A stretch of DNA of 64,000 bases, from the NCBI GenBank assembly GCA_950097015.1, contig CATNEN010000035.1, positions 1,178,001-1,242,000 on the forward strand. Direction: 5' to 3'. Under the pieces are notes generated by a model. That model did no database searches. It saw only the letters and a list, made by a program, of their open reading frames with translations, and was not told the origin of the DNA. Below, piece after piece: positions 24,390-36,615 of the stretch (position 1 is the stretch's first letter; each line of letters begins with the position of its first letter). The translations under genes and the position numbers were made by a program. Source of the stretch: Macrostomum hystrix. Lineage: Eukaryota; Animalia; Platyhelminthes.

Positions 24390-26727
24390 TTAACTTCTGC
24401 TACTGGAACCGGTCAGCTTCTGGAGCCTCCTTTGCAGTACTGCAGTGGCATCAGCTTGGTTAATCTGCCGAGCCTGGTTTTTGGCCATGCAATTGAAAAA
24501 CCTCTTAGTAATCTCCGGCACCATGTCGTGGCCATCCGTGCAGTGCGTCCGGCCGAACAGGAACGTCGGGTTGTCCGCGAGCACAAAATCCATGACTTGG
24601 TGAAACACGGCTCTCTGGTTGACAGAGAGGCTGACAGAAACCTGTCCTTCAATCTTGGTGTGCTCTTAATCTCGACGAAGGCACGCCAGCATAGTATGCC
24701 AATCTGGAACAAGTGCTCCTGTGGCCAGAGAAGACCTCCTCGATTGACTTCAGCGAGAAAGTCCGAAGCATCCTTGATGTTCTGAGCTCTGTCCTCTTTA
24801 AAGTAAAATTCTGCTGATGGAGCATCGCAGATGAGGGTCTCCTAGCATGATTCACACTTTTTCGTCCTAATCACAGAGCGGGCGCAGAAACCGCACACGT
24901 AATAAACGATGACAAAATCGCTTTTATCCGGAACAATGTTAAAAAGGAGCTCGCTGTGAATCTCCTCCGCCAGCTTCACGTAAGCCGGGTCTGGGCCACT
25001 CATCTGCTGCAGTGCGTTGTCAATATCGTTCACTGTAAGTCCGGAGTACTTAAGCAAAGAGATGGTCTTGTTTTTTCGGTCGCTTTCTGTCAGCTGGCGC
25101 ATCGTGATGGAATAATTGACACCACTCAGCTGACGAATCCAACCAAATCGAGCCTCAATGCTGTCAGACTGTATCTTTCCCATCAGAACAAAGGAGAGTC
25201 CACAACAGTCTGGCAGATATTGAACCAATTCGGCCATGGCTCGGCAGGTGTGGCGCACAGCCAGGAAAGTGTGAGCCGTCAGCCCAGGTGTCTGCATTTT
25301 GCCATTGGTCATAAATGCACGTCGCACTCTACTCGTTCTTTATTTCCTCATTTAAAAGTGCAATAAACAGAAAAAAGTGAGCTTACTTGTGAGCCTTCCC
25401 ACATCTCCAGGAAGTCCGCAAAGTTCTTCGGGTATGCTAGCTTCCAGTCCAAGGAAGACCGGACGGGGTCTCTTTTTTGCTTTCCGATTGTAGTCGTGCG
25501 CACATTTAGGACATTCCAGAGCTTGAGAAATACTGTCAGAACAGAGGCTGTCTGTCGAAACCCATAGTGTTTCAATGCATTGATGGTGGATTCGTGAAAG
25601 AGAGCGACAGCTAGCTTAACGTTGACCTTCTCGATGCTTGACGGATGTAGAACGATGTTGGTAAGCTTGTGCGCCAATTTTACCGGGTTGTCGGCTTCCA
25701 AGCGATACACTCTCTCGACGTCGGCGAAAGCAGCACGAGTTGGCTCGTCTAGTATAGAAGGAACTCACCTCGTGTCAAGAAGTTGTTATACAAGTTCTTC
25801 ATGTTCTTCAAAAAGTGGGTGTAGAAGCGCCTGTTCACAGCCGCATTGTCAACGCTGATGGCAACCACACTGATTCCAATCTTGTGCAGCATGGGCATGA
25901 TACTCAAATAGAACTCATGCAGAGCCTCAGCCTTCAGATTGTTCTTTGGAAATATTCCGACCAAGTCAGGTTACTTGGTCATGGCGGGTTTTATCATAAA
26001 GCAGAGGGCGGTCTGTGCAATGTTTCCTGTTTGCGTTCAACCACATAGTTCTCCTCCGCTTATCTCGACCCGCTTGCTGACATATATCTCATCGATCAGC
26101 AGAATGATGGTTGCTTCATAGGCTTGGATAGAATCGTAGCGCAATTTTAGATACTCGAAATTGCTGAGACCTGCACTAGAGCCAATCTTCTTTGTAACGT
26201 TTCTCAAAGTCTTGTCTGACGGCAAAATCAACGAATTCGTCTCCAGTAGGCCGTTCATAAGCAGCAGGATTAGCTGCTAGATTATCTAGATAATCTAACG
26301 AAATTAGGGTCTCACTCCGCTTCATAACGTCGTACTGAACTAGTTTTGTCAGATCGGACAGCCGGTTGCGCTTTGGTGAAGTAGCTTGGCATCGTAGTAG
26401 GCTGAATTGCGTCGGAACAGCATCTTCCTTAAGTCGCTTCCTTGCAGGAGCAGCGCTCGCCTGCGTCTTTTGCCTCTTTCTCCACGGATTGCTGTCCTTG
26501 TATTCGGTGACAAAGTCTGAGGCTAGGAAGTGCAGAGAGCAGATTCGGGAATGCTTGGTGAGTTGATATGTTGACTGTCTGGCTGTCTGACTGTCTGGAT
26601 TTCGCAGCCCTTTTGCCAGATGCTCGGCTTCAGTTGAAAATCGGTGGAAGGAAATTCCATTCGTTGGGTCGAGTCATGTTGAGTCGTAGCCAGATTTGCA
26701 CCCGAAAGCCGAGCATTTGTCTGGCAT
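24390..26727 (-). pseudogene. Decayed THAP-domain P-element-superfamily (THAP9-like) transposase
   Basis: THAP motifs MPDKCSAFGC...SFHRF...CSLHF...RLKEDAVPTQF. Catalytic-core motifs LLIDEI, SVDNA, LKNMKN, KVNVKLA and QSDSIEARFG. There are several stops and frameshifts, and no TIRs were identified. Confidence 0.85.
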
Positions 26728-29453
26728 TTTTGCTATGCAATAACGTGTGGATATTAAAATAAAGAAAAAAGGATTGACAGTAGAGCCGTCCAATGATCCC
26801 TGCAGATGTATAGAAACCCTCACAATGAGGCAAGCAACTGTACAGCTCTTTAACACATTTCAACGTCCGTATCATTCGACACTCTGCTTCGGAGTGTACA
26901 TTAATAAGTGAACTCCATAGATAAACAAAATCCTCCCATTGCACGATATAACATATGAATGAAAGAAAATCTATTGTTTGAGGGAAAAGTGGTTCAGTTT
27001 GGCCAGCCGTGCATGGTATGAATTCCCTGCCTATCCTAAGTGAGTTTCCATGCCAGATACTGTATTCAGAGTTCCTTGCCCTAGTCTACTCAAAGGCGAA
27101 ATTTCGTATGTGATAGAAGAGTATACTTATGGCGTCTACATTTTTACTTTGACTAAACTAAATAAAAGATCTGAATATAAAGTATTGATGTGTTTAAAAT
27201 GTGGCACCAATGCGACAGTGAAGTGAGTACCAGTGGCATCGCTATTAGTGACATGCCAGCGGCAAAGAAATTATCGTTGAACTGACCGAATATAGTTGTC
27301 TAAACTTAATTACGGAAAAATTGCAGCGACCAATAAATACGCATGTTCTTTCAATCTTCCTTTGCCGACACGCCTGCTGGCCTGAGAGCAGTCGAGTGGT
27401 CCCTAGTCAGTCCATCAGCCCCCTATGCCGCTCATTTCCTTTTTCCATTTGCATCTGGTCCTACTAATCGAGCTGCGCTGGTAATTCTATAATGTGACGC
27501 TATGTGAAGCGGTGGTGTTTTATTCATTTGCTTGCAGTTAAAAGACTTCTGCCTTGTTTTATTTGTATGGGGAAAGATCTGCTGAAGGCCTAACTGCCCG
27601 AGCACTTCACATATTAAAATCGTTCGAGAGCCGTTCGCACTCGCTAGTTGTATAGAGGCCCAATGCTCTCGTTTAAGTACTCGTACTCCCAAGGCAGCGA
27701 CTGGCCAAGTGTACCTTCCAGGGCTTGATCAGTCAGAATGGAGAGACATTCTTTCCAGGATGTGAATAGTCAGCTGCTGCCACCAGCTGAAGGTCCAGAA
27801 GTTCCGCCTAGATGAATGCCAGTCGACACCAAAGGCTAAGATGTTACAGACATATAAGGCCGACAAGCTGATGAAAATGTGAACGCTTGGCAAAGCTTTA
27901 CTGATGTGCAGTGCTGATTGGCGTACAGTGGTGTACAGGGTGTACAGATTCTATTAGCGCTTATGGACAAAGTGGAACTATTGGAATCATTTAATACGAG
28001 TGTAAAGACTTTGCTTAAGATTGTAGAACGATTCTCAACCTCTCAGATGACACAGTGACTTTTGTATTTATCAAATCGATAGCAGTATTAGGGGTGGAGC
28101 TACTGAATCCGCGCGTGCACATAGGGGAGAAAAGCACGTACACATAGTACATTCTAAATAATTAGATAACGTGCCGGGCCGGTGCACAACACACCTGCCT
28201 TAGCTAGCCGCAACCAGAGTCACATCACCACAACGAGTATCTCGATGTGTCTCGGTGTGTAAGTTCTTCAGTCGACCCTCAAACCCCCCAGACAGTCAGT
28301 TCTTGGCTGTCTGGACGTTGTGCCTAGGAGATTATAAGGGTCTCTGGAAGACTGCAGAAAGAAATAATTATATTATCTGGACTGCTTCCTCCTCAAGTCT
28401 CGTCCTCGAGAACTTCTCACTTTGCAGACGAGTTAGTTTTCGTTTCCTTTCGCTAACTATAGGGTCAACGAATGCTATGGGACTGCAATGACAACATTAG
28501 AGCCATGTCGCTAGTAAACAAAGCTATAAAGCACAACACGTAGTAACCCATAACCCATAAAAGTGGAATCCAAATGGTTTTGATGATTAACGGAATTACG
28601 GAGCATGCGTTACTTTCTAGAAGATCGTTAATTATTGTCGAGAATCACGAACCAATCAAGGTTGAATTGCTACAACTTTTTAACTTTCCACGGATACTTT
28701 AGCATTCGAAAAAGTTAATTTAATAAGTTAAGTTAAATAAATGAAATAAGTTAATTTTTCTCAGGATTACCTATGAATTTTATACAGAAGATTTGTGTTG
28801 CTTTGTGTCTTAATCGGTGAGTGAGCAAAGAAAAATTGCTTTAAAGTCCGTTAAGTGTTGTAGTGCTCCTTCTAATTTGATATTTTTGTGCACCCTCCTG
28901 ATAATTCACACTCTCATTCACTCCTCATAATGTAAATGTCTAATCTACCTTCCTTACTTATTACTTCCAGTCACCCTCTGTGACCTATAAAATCATTATT
29001 CCACACCCCTTTTTGGGTGCAGGGCTCGTACAAACTACTGATATACGAGTTTGGGTAGCGTGGCTTTAACACAATAGTTCTGGCCTTCTGCCAGTAGTAT
29101 TCTAGATCTTTGATTTAGGCAGTTCTTGAGAAGCTGCTCTCAGATAGTTCAGGCTCTTTAGCCAGTCTGTGCTCGGGCCTACCCCGGTTTCCACTTCAGA
29201 AATAAGTAAGGCCTCGAGAGTGCTCACTAGGAGATTTGAACTGTTTCTATAATAGGCTTCGAAATGGTTGGATTTTCCCTATAGTGAAATCGGTCAATAT
29301 TTATGCTAAACTTCTTCCTACTATTCTGGGCGTATACTGGGTAAATTCAAAACGATCTGCACAAAATACAACATGTCCATAGTAATTTTCTCCTAAAAAG
29401 ATTGATCTCTCAACAGAAATCGAAATAGAAACTATATATTTGATTGTCTACAA

Positions 29454-30032
29454 CAGAGGTCGGCAAACTTATTAGCTAGTGGGCCAAAAAGAGAACCTAA
29501 AAGACGATAGCGGGCCGAATTGACTGTAGAAATATGAGAAAGGGGAGAGAGAAGACTCGGGAGAGATGAGACAGCGGAGAGATGACACGCGGGAGAGATG
29601 AGACATGGAAGATATGAGACAACGGAGAGATGAGACACGGGAGGGATAAGACACGGAAGAGATGAGACACGGGAGAGATGAGAAATGGGAGAGATGAGAC
29701 AACGGAGAGATGAGACAGCGGAGAAATGAGACGCGGGAGAGATGAGACACTGGAGAGATTAGAAGGCGGAGAGATGAGACAGCGGAGAAATGAGACGCGG
29801 GAGAGATGAGACACTGGAGAGATTAGAAGGCGGAGAGATGAGACGGTGGAGAGATAAGATAGCGGAGAGATGAGACGCGGGAGAGATGAGACGCGGGAGA
29901 GATGAGACGCGGGAGGGACGAGACAGGGGAAAGATGAAACAGGATACTGAAAGTGTCGGAAGGGGCAACGGGCCGGATTTGGGAGCTTCGAGGGCCGAAT
30001 CTGGCCCGCGGGCCGGAGTTTGCCGACCCCTG
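29454..30032. mobile_element. Second copy of the hAT-type MITE (579 bp) with a longer internal minisatellite
   Basis: TIRs are CAGAGGTCGGCAAACT and AGTTTGCCGACCCCTG. A perfect 8-bp TSD GTCTACAA flanks it (29446-29453, 30033-30040). Subterminal sequences match 11797-12215. Confidence 0.9.
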
Positions 30033-30099
30033 GTCTACAACGTTTTAGCACAAAATGAAGCTTCAAAGACTTTTTGCTTGAAATTTAGAATTGCCTTTA

Positions 30100-31319
30100 T
30101 TTATTATTATTATTATTATTTATTATTATTATTATTGAAGTGCGCACGCCGATTGGGTGCTGATATTTTGTATATTTTATGTTGGTAACAAGGCTGAACG
30201 ATTTGATAAAAACGGCGATAGAAAAACAGTAGCATGCATAAGATTAATTTTAGGTGAATAAAATATTTTAAATTTGTAAACAAAGACATTAAAACAAAAA
30301 ATGAAATATTGAAATTTAAAGAGAAAATTAAAACTGTGACTGAAATCACTTTTCTTCCGAAAGGAGAATAGCTATTGTGTTTTTGCGAGTCTATCAAATA
30401 TTACAATCGAAAAATACTCGTATAACTCAAACTATAATCAAGAATTCTAACTATGGGCCTCAGGGCAGTGGCTTTTTTTATCTTGCTTTAAGTTTATCTA
30501 GCTTCCTGTGTCATTAAATGCACAATTTTGTCATCAGCTGTTAGGCTTTCGAAATTTCGAACAGTACCTGCCACTCTCTCTATGAATTTATTTCTATAAA
30601 ATTGGAACATAAACGGACCAATCGCATCTAAAGAGAATATGAGTTTCGTTCTCTACCTCGACTCTACATTTTGGACATGTTCTGTTTTCATAGGCAATTT
30701 TCAGTCTTACGGTGCGCAATGTCTCACAGGCCAGTTTGTGGTTTCCTAGACGAAATCGGGACATTGTGCGCCTTTGTTCTGGGTTAGAGATTATTGTTAG
30801 GTACTTTTCTCTGGAGAAATCTTTCTTAAACGTGTAATAGAAGTGGCTGAGCTTGGCTGATTTTCCCATCCTCTGAGTCCAGTGCCTTCGGAACTCTGAC
30901 TCAAAGTTCTCCCTGTGTGTTTTGATGGACTTTGTTTTTCTAGTCTGTTGACAATTCCGCATTACTTCACTATTCATTTTCCCCAATGCCAACATCGCTG
31001 TATTCTGCAGTATCTGCCACCAATTCGCGATGATGGAGTCTGGTCGGCTCCGAACTGAGGACCAGCATTGAAGGCTTATTTTTTGAATACTATATAATAG
31101 TGGTAGTCTTCCTAATTCGGACCGAGCACCATTGCTGGCAGTGTTTGGACTAACTTGCAGAATCGACTTGCTGATTCCAAAATTAATTCTCTCTATAGGG
31201 TTCCGATCCCAAGTACCCAGTTTCCAGGAGACAAAAGTAGATATATACTTCAAGTAGAAAGTAGAAGTAGAAAGTAAATCTACGAGCAACTCGGATGGAT
31301 AATATTTGCATGATCCCAC
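30100..31319 (-). mobile_element. 5'-truncated LINE 3' end (CR1/L2-group-like) with probable (AAT)n tail
   Basis: ORF 30594-31319 encodes PIER...SELGRLP...SRFRLGNHKL...RTCPKC...ENETHILFRC, the typical LINE ORF2 C-terminal zinc-finger region. A (TTA)n run lies at 30100-30135. The extent of the 3' UTR is inferred. Confidence 0.75.
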
Positions 31320-31618
31320 CTCAGGATTCCAAGACTCGATCCACCCACTTGAGATCCCACCTCAGGATTCCAAGACTCGATCCACCCACTTGAGATCCCA
31401 CCTCAGGATTCCAAGACTCGATCCACCCACTTGAGATCCCACCTCAGGATTCCAAGACTCGATCCACCCACTTGAGATCCCACCTCAGGATTCCAAGACT
31501 CGATCCACCCACTTGAGATCCCACCTCAGGATTCCAAGACTCGATCCACCCACTTGAGATCCCACCTCAGGATTCCAAGACTCGATCCACCCACTTGAGA
31601 TCCCACCTCAGGATTCCA
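31312..31618. repeat. 41-bp minisatellite, ~7.5 copies
   Basis: The unit CCACCTCAGGATTCCAAGACTCGATCCACCCACTTGAGATC recurs with period 41 (TCAGG at 31321, 31362, ... 31608). Confidence 0.97.
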
Positions 31619-33481
31619 AATATATTCGAATAATATTTTCGTTATTACTTTATTTGTAAAGAGGGCAACTTTCTGGTCTGCACAAAATGTGTAACCTAAC
31701 TGACGCTTGCAGACAAATAGGCGAGCACGATATTAAAACAAAGCTTCAACAAACAAATTCAATAAAATTCGAATGAAAACTTCGTTTCCGTGCTTGCAAT
31801 GTTACCTATGGTTGCTCCATGTTGAAACTCGCCGAATAAGTTAAATTTGATTCGACCAAAGAAACAAAAGTTTTTAGACACGAAAAATGCAATCATTTCT
31901 GGATTTGCCCTACTAAGTACGAGAGCATATTTAGGCAATTTTAACAAAATGAATATTATTAGTTTATGCACAGCATGTTTTTATCGCGGATTTAAAATAT
32001 ACTACCGAGGCCGATTGCAAAAGCTTAAGATCTTGTAGATTTAAAATATCGCATTTTTTTTACTTTTTCAACTTTAGCTTCTGGGACACACCCTGTATGC
32101 CAGGCCTGAGTATTTTTTACACTCCACTCAAGTAAATTTATAGGATTTGAGTAGTGCTACTTCAATTACAGTTATTTTTTTATTTACAGTACAGAGCACA
32201 GATTAATAATGTCAGAAAAAGTTGTCACACATATAAAACACTATACTTGATTTAAGTAGCGGAAGATGATTCGGCAGCAGCATTTGGTGCATCGGTTTCT
32301 GTGTGAAGTCCGCCTTGATATTTGTTTGACCAGCTTTCCAATGTCTAGCCCGATTCCTCACTCAGCGGTTGCTAGAGGCGACCCTGAAAGCAGCAAATGG
32401 AAGCGATGCAACGGGGATCACACTAACTCTCCAGAGTCTCCCAGCATACAATGGCAAAACTTTGTACAGAGTTCCGTCTCATCAAACTAGGTCACTCCAG
32501 TTTGGCCCAATCTCCAGGGAAAGGGCGAGGACAAAGAGTGGATTTGCGTTGCCATATGGGAGATGCATTAATGTCTTCAATAGGTCGTGCGAGCTAGGTG
32601 GATCACCCAAGCGAAGTCGCGCTAAGCTTCTATCGTAAAAATTCCTTTAAGAAAATATTTTTTTGCTCAAAGTCTCAAAGCTGTACAGGCGCACTATCTA
32701 GAAATAATTCCGACTCAAATTATTCTAACAGCGGTTGCTCTGCTTACTGGCTGTTCGCACTGTGACGGTGCGAGCTCGAATTTGCGACTGTAGTTCTACT
32801 AAAATCGAGTTGCACTGGTGAGATGAGCTCTGGAAATCCGTTTTATCCAGAAATCTAATTTAATAGGCTGCTTGCAACTGTACTCAAAGAGTGTATCACC
32901 GACACAGACTCAAGGACTACTCAAGTAGAAGGACGATGCACTCGCAAATTGAGTAGATTTTTGTAACGAACGATTTTTTTTAATTCTGTCAAATTTTATT
33001 TTTGTCTGGAGAGGTCTAGTTTTTTCGCACTGGATTGCTAACAATGTATTTCTCTTTTACACGAGTGAACAGTTTCGCTTGCAGCTACACATATGCGCGA
33101 GAAATGTACAGCAAAGAACAGGTACTCCACTTCTTCATTTGAACTTTATTAGTGCCCACCCCGACTGTCTTTCAGTTTGAGCAGAATAGTCAGCAAAGTA
33201 AGTTTCAAGCGACAATCGGAGACGGACTCAAGACCTACTGTGGCAAGAGTATCAACAATATGCTGCATGTGGACTGAATGCTACCACAGCATCCCTAGTG
33301 TGAGTTAACCCTCCGCCTCAGTATTCTCTCAATACATGTACTTTTAAAATGACACCGAATGACTATAAAAAGCACTAATAATCTGCAGCGCATTCAACGA
33401 GTCCTCCGTGGTCATTTCAACGGGGAGTCCCATCAATTATGGCACCTGGTATATGGATCTCAGCTTCTATATCAGCTACAT

Positions 33482-33597
33482 CGTGGCAGGATCACGTGGC
33501 AGGATCGTGGCAGGATCACGTGGCAGGATCGTGGCAGGATCACGTGGCAGGATCGTGGCAGGATCACGTGGCAGGATCGTGGCAGGATCACGTGGCA
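33482..33597. repeat. 24-bp minisatellite (11+13 subunits), 5 copies
   Basis: CGTGGCAGGATCACGTGGCAGGAT repeated. Confidence 0.95.
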
Positions 33598-33707
33598 AAG
33601 TTTTGGTTCCGATTTCGATTCTAACGACGTTAATACTTATTTGTGTGGCGTTCGAGTTCCGACATAAACAGTAAGTGCAGCTTAATCTATTCAGAATACA
33701 TTTCAGC

Positions 33708-35464
33708 CTGGCTAGTTGTTGGGCAAGTTTCTGGCTAGTTGTTGGACAAGCGTCAGGGTAGTTGTTGGACAAGTTTCAGGCTAGTTGTTGGGCAAGTGTC
33801 AGGCTAGTTGTTGGACAAGTTTCTGGCTAGTTGTTGGGCAAGTGTCAGGGTAGTTGTTGGACAAGTTTCTAGCTAGTTGTTGGACAAGTTTCTGGCTAGT
33901 TGTTGGACAAGTTTCTAGCTAGTTGTTGGACAAGTTTCTAGCTAGTTGTTGGACAAGTTTCTGGCTATAGTTGTTGGACAAGTTTCTAGCTAGTTGTTAG
34001 ACAAGTTTCTGGCTAGTTGTTGGGCAAGTATCAGGGTAGTTGTTGGACAAGTTTCTAGCTAGTTGTTGGACAAGTTTCTGGCTAGTTGTTGGACAAGTTT
34101 CTAGCTAGTTGTTGGACAAGTTTCTAGCTAGTTGTTGGACAAGTTTCTGGCTAGTTGTTGGACAAGTTTCTAGCTAGTTGTTGGACAAGTTTCTGGCTAG
34201 TTGTTGGGCAAGTGTCAGGGTAGTTGTTGGACAAGTTTCTGGCTAGTTGTTGGGCAAGTGTCAGGGTAGTTGTTGGACAAGTTTCTGGCTAGTTGTTGGA
34301 CAAGTGTCAGGCTAGTTGTTGGACAAGTTTCTGGCTAGTTGTTGGACAAGTGTCAGGCTAGTTGTTGGGCAAGTGTCAGCCTAGTTGTTGGACAAGTTTC
34401 TGGCTAGTTGTTGGGCAAGTGTCAGGGTAGTTGTTGGACAAGTTTCTGGCTAGTTGTTGGGCAAGTGTCAGGGTAGTTGTTGGACAAGTTTCTGGCTAGT
34501 TGTTGGAAAAGTGTCAGGCTAGTTGTTGGACAAGTTTCTGGCTAGTTGTTGGGCAAGTGTCAGGCTAGTTGTTGGGCAAGTGTCAGCCTAGTTGTTGGAC
34601 AAGTTTCTGGCTAGTTGTTGGACAAGTTTCTGGCTAGTTGTTGGGCAAGTGTCAGGGTAGTTGTTGGACAAGTTTCTGGCTAGTTGTTGGGCAAGTGTCA
34701 GGGTAGTTGTTGGACAAGTTTCTAGCTAGTTGTTGGGCAAGTGTCAGGGTAGTTGTTGGACAAGTTTCTGGCTAGTTGTTGGGCAAGTGTCAGGGTAGTT
34801 GTTGGACAAGTTTCTGGCTAGTTGTTGGACAAGTTTCTGGCTAGTTGTTGGACAAGTTTCTGGCTAGTTGTTGGAAAAGTTTCTGGCTAGTTGTTGGACA
34901 AGTTTCTGGCTAGTTGTTGGGCAAGTGTCAGGGTAGTTGTTGGGCAAGTTTCTGGCTAGTTGTTGGGCAAGTGTCAGGGTAGTTGTTGGACAAGTTTCTA
35001 GCTAGTTGTTGGGCAAGTGTCAGGGTAGTTGTTGGACAAGTTTCTGGCTAGTTGTTGGACAAGTTTCTGGCTAGTTGTTGGACAAGTTTCTGGCTAGTTG
35101 TTGGACAAGTTTCTGGCTAGTTGTTGGAAAAGTTTCTGGCTAGTTGTTGGACAAGTTTCTGGCTAGTTGTTGGGCAAGTGTCAGGGTAGTTGTTGGGCAA
35201 GTTTCTGGCTAGTTGTTGGGCAAGTGTCAGGGTAGTTGTTGGACAAGTTTCTAGCTAGTTGTTGGGCAAGTGTCAGGGTAGTTGTTGGACAAGTTTCTGG
35301 CTAGTTGTTGGGCAAGTGTCAGGGTAGTTGTTGGACAAGTTTCTAGCTAGTTGTTGGGCAAGTGTCAGGCTAGTTGTTGGACAAGTTTCTGGCTAGTTGT
35401 TGGACAAGTTTCTGGCTAGTTGTTGGACAAGTTTCTGGCTAGTTGTTGGACAAGTTTGTGGCTA
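33708..35464. repeat. 23-bp satellite array, ~76 copies, two alternating variants
   Basis: Units are GCTAGTTGTTGGACAAGTTTCTG and the variant G[C/G]TAGTTGTTGGGCAAGTGTCAG. Confidence 0.98.
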
Positions 35465-35820
35465 CAAAGAAGTGGAGCATTTTTGTAGTAAATATTTTTT
35501 CACTTTCACAATCCTCATTTTTCTATTGCAGCTGGGATGACGAAATCAATTCGCCAGTCAGATGTGCTGGCTTGATGCAACTGTCTAGGTCGAACAAGTA
35601 GTAACGTAAAGTACCAATACTACTCTTAGTAGTCTTGAACAGTTGTTATAAAAATTTTCGCTTGTTGCCTCAGAACTCGGCGAGAAGCCAGCGGCTCTCG
35701 CAACCGAGTCGGAAACGTCGCCGACAGTGGTGCGCCGTCCCGACCGGACCTAGTATAGTGCCAGCTTGAAGCTCTCTAGAAATACAGTCCGACCTGCTTG
35801 ACTGTAGTACACAGACTTCT

Positions 35821-36102
35821 GAGATCCCGATCCGAGATCCCGATCCGAGATCCCGATCCGAGATCCCGATCCGAGATCCCGATCCGAGATCCCGATCCGA
35901 GATCCCGATCCGAGATCCCGATCCGAGATCCCGATCCGAGATCCCGATCCGAGATCCCGATCCGAGATCCCGATCCGAGATCCCGATCCGAGATCCCGAT
36001 CCGAGATCCCGATCCGAGATCCCGATCGGAGATCCCGATCCGAGATCCCGATCCGAGATCCCGATCCGAGATCCCGATCCGAGATCCCGATCCGAGATCC
36101 CG
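35821..36102. repeat. 13-bp minisatellite (GAGATCCCGATCC), ~21.5 copies
   Basis: Near-perfect tandem array with one variant unit. Confidence 0.98.
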
Positions 36103-36615
36103 GAAAATGCATGTGCTTCAGAAGTGAAATAGGACATATTTATGTGTCTTTCCTGCAGGCCTTTTTCAGATTATAGGTGTGAAATTAGAGGACCAGACTA
36201 AATTACTGTAATGCTTGTTTCGGCGAATTCTAACGATATAGTCTTTAAAAAATAATTTAACCAGTTAGTCTTCTTCGTGGCAGTCTGCCTTTTCTCTTGT
36301 GCTGCAGGTGAGCCCTGCCAGATAAGAACGCAGCGTACTTGACAAGAACACGCGCTGCCGCACGGCGCACAGTCCTTGCGCATTCAGTGTACAAAGGGCA
36401 GGCAGTGCATAACCCCGCCCCTAGAACTCCACAGGAATAGCTTGGCCATGCATAGGCAGTGGCTCCGGTTTCAGCCGGATTCGCGCCCCAATGTACAGCC
36501 AGGGAAGCGCTTTAAAACTGAGAAATTGGACTCGCCCATCTGAAATGAAGATAAGCGATAAATTTGTGCCGTTTGAATCAGTATTAAATATAGACAACAG
36601 AAACTGCTCCATTAA

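Noticed and set aside
27065-27080. GAGTTCCTTG as a P-element terminal repeat for the THAP transposon
   Set aside because: I found no matching CAAGGAACTC or TSD at the other end.
32369-32638. ORF fragment with RTKSGFALP, reminiscent of asparagine synthetase
   Set aside because: The similarity is limited to a few residues, and there are no supporting exons.
35670-36137. ORFs made of GSRIGISDRDL and RSEIPIRDPDP repeats
   Set aside because: They are translations of the 13-bp minisatellite.
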